Assembly (NCBI GenBank): GCA_918797485.1
Contig: CAKKNE010000003.1
Span: 3,224,001-3,288,000 of the forward strand
DNA from: Pelagomonas calceolata
Taxonomy: Eukaryota
Direction: 5' to 3'
DNA: 64,000 nucleotides
Shown: positions 63,223 through 64,000 of the stretch, piece by piece
Numbering within the stretch: the stretch's first letter is position 1
Layout: the number at the start of each line of letters is the position of its first letter
Program-made: the position numbers and the translations under genes
Notes under the pieces: generated by a model
Databases searched by the model: none
Seen by the model: the letters and a program-made list of their open reading frames with translations, nothing else
What the model was told of the DNA's origin: nothing

Positions 63223-64000
63223 TAGAGCGCCGCGCAGACCTCGCTTTGAAGAGCGCTGAAACGAGCGCCGCGCGCGCGGTTTTAATTAAAGCCGCTCAGC
63301 CCAGCGGTCGACATGCATGTAGGGCTTCGGCACAGGCCGTTCTGGCCAGCCTTGATGGTCTCTGCGCGGAGTTATCGCGTGTTTTACGGAGGCGCTGAAA
63401 CGCTAGCGCGTTTACACCGTTAGATAACTGCCTCGATGTCACCCACCCCTTTTTTCGGGAGGAAAAAGGGGTAGCACCCCGAACGACGTAGGAGAGAGGG
63501 GTGGTACCCCTTTGACGACGTAAAAGAGGGGTGGGGTCTTTACGCACCAGACCTCTAGTGCACACTTAACCTCGGTAGGGGGCGCTGCGGGTTGGCGGTA
63601 GCGTGACAGCCGCAAGAGAAGCTTATAGACTGAGTGAATCATGATCATCCTGATGACTCGGATCATGCCGCCGGCCAGTGATGATGATCATGATCATGAT
63701 GTTGGCGGCTCGGGAAGCGTCCGCGGTTGCCAGTGGCTTTCTGCTATCATGATGCCATCATCATCATGGCGTGACTTGGATGCATCTCAGCCATAGTATC
63801 CGAGTCCAAGTCGTCGAGTTAGGCCACTGGCACGGCTCGTAGCACGAGCCCAGCCCACTTACTTGTACGCAATCACGCGCACCGTGACGCTCAGGCTCTC
63901 GCGGTCCATACGACCTCGGCTTCTGACGGGTCAAGACCTGCGCGAATTACCGTCACGTCATTTCTGCCGGCCCGGGCCCGGGACCAGGAATCAGAGCTAA

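Noticed and set aside
4055..63982. The 8-mers as transcription-factor sites or restriction-site/cloning artefacts
   Set aside because: Ten unrelated-looking words share one generative rule, occur in 3' regions and inside repeats, and are polymorphic insertions between paralogs.

Overview
Eukaryotic nuclear DNA, not prokaryotic. It holds about 15 intron-containing genes with short (mostly 40-110 bp) spliceosomal introns. They are housekeeping genes (IleRS, OXSR1/SPAK-like STE20 kinase, Sin3, IPK1, capping protein alpha, eIF4A, VAC14, SEC63, MCM7), four ciliary genes (CFAP221, BBS8, CCDC113, CFAP54), a myristoylated PH-domain protein and a probably plastid-targeted thioredoxin-cNMP-calmodulin fusion. 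The gene set and the bipartite-like targeting signal suggest an ochrophyte alga, possibly a pelagophyte low-GC region (inference only). Intergenic DNA is a mosaic of decayed non-autonomous DNA transposons/MITEs. The main finding is that the intergenic DNA is saturated with 8-mers that all obey one rule, XY-C-revcomp(XY)-G-XY (GTCACGGT, GACTCGGA, AACTTGAA, TACTAGTA, GGCCCGGG, AGCCTGAG, CACTGGCA, ATCATGAT, GCCGCGGC, CGCCGGCG). Paralogous repeat copies within the window show these arising as +6 bp insertions at a dinucleotide. That is the expected product of hairpin-mediated (P-nucleotide) excision of a C...G-ended transposon with a 2-bp target duplication. A second, TA-anchored Tc1/mariner-type footprint class, several GC-AG introns and one candidate GA-AG intron are also present. 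Exon boundaries were assigned by hand; GC values are estimates by eye.
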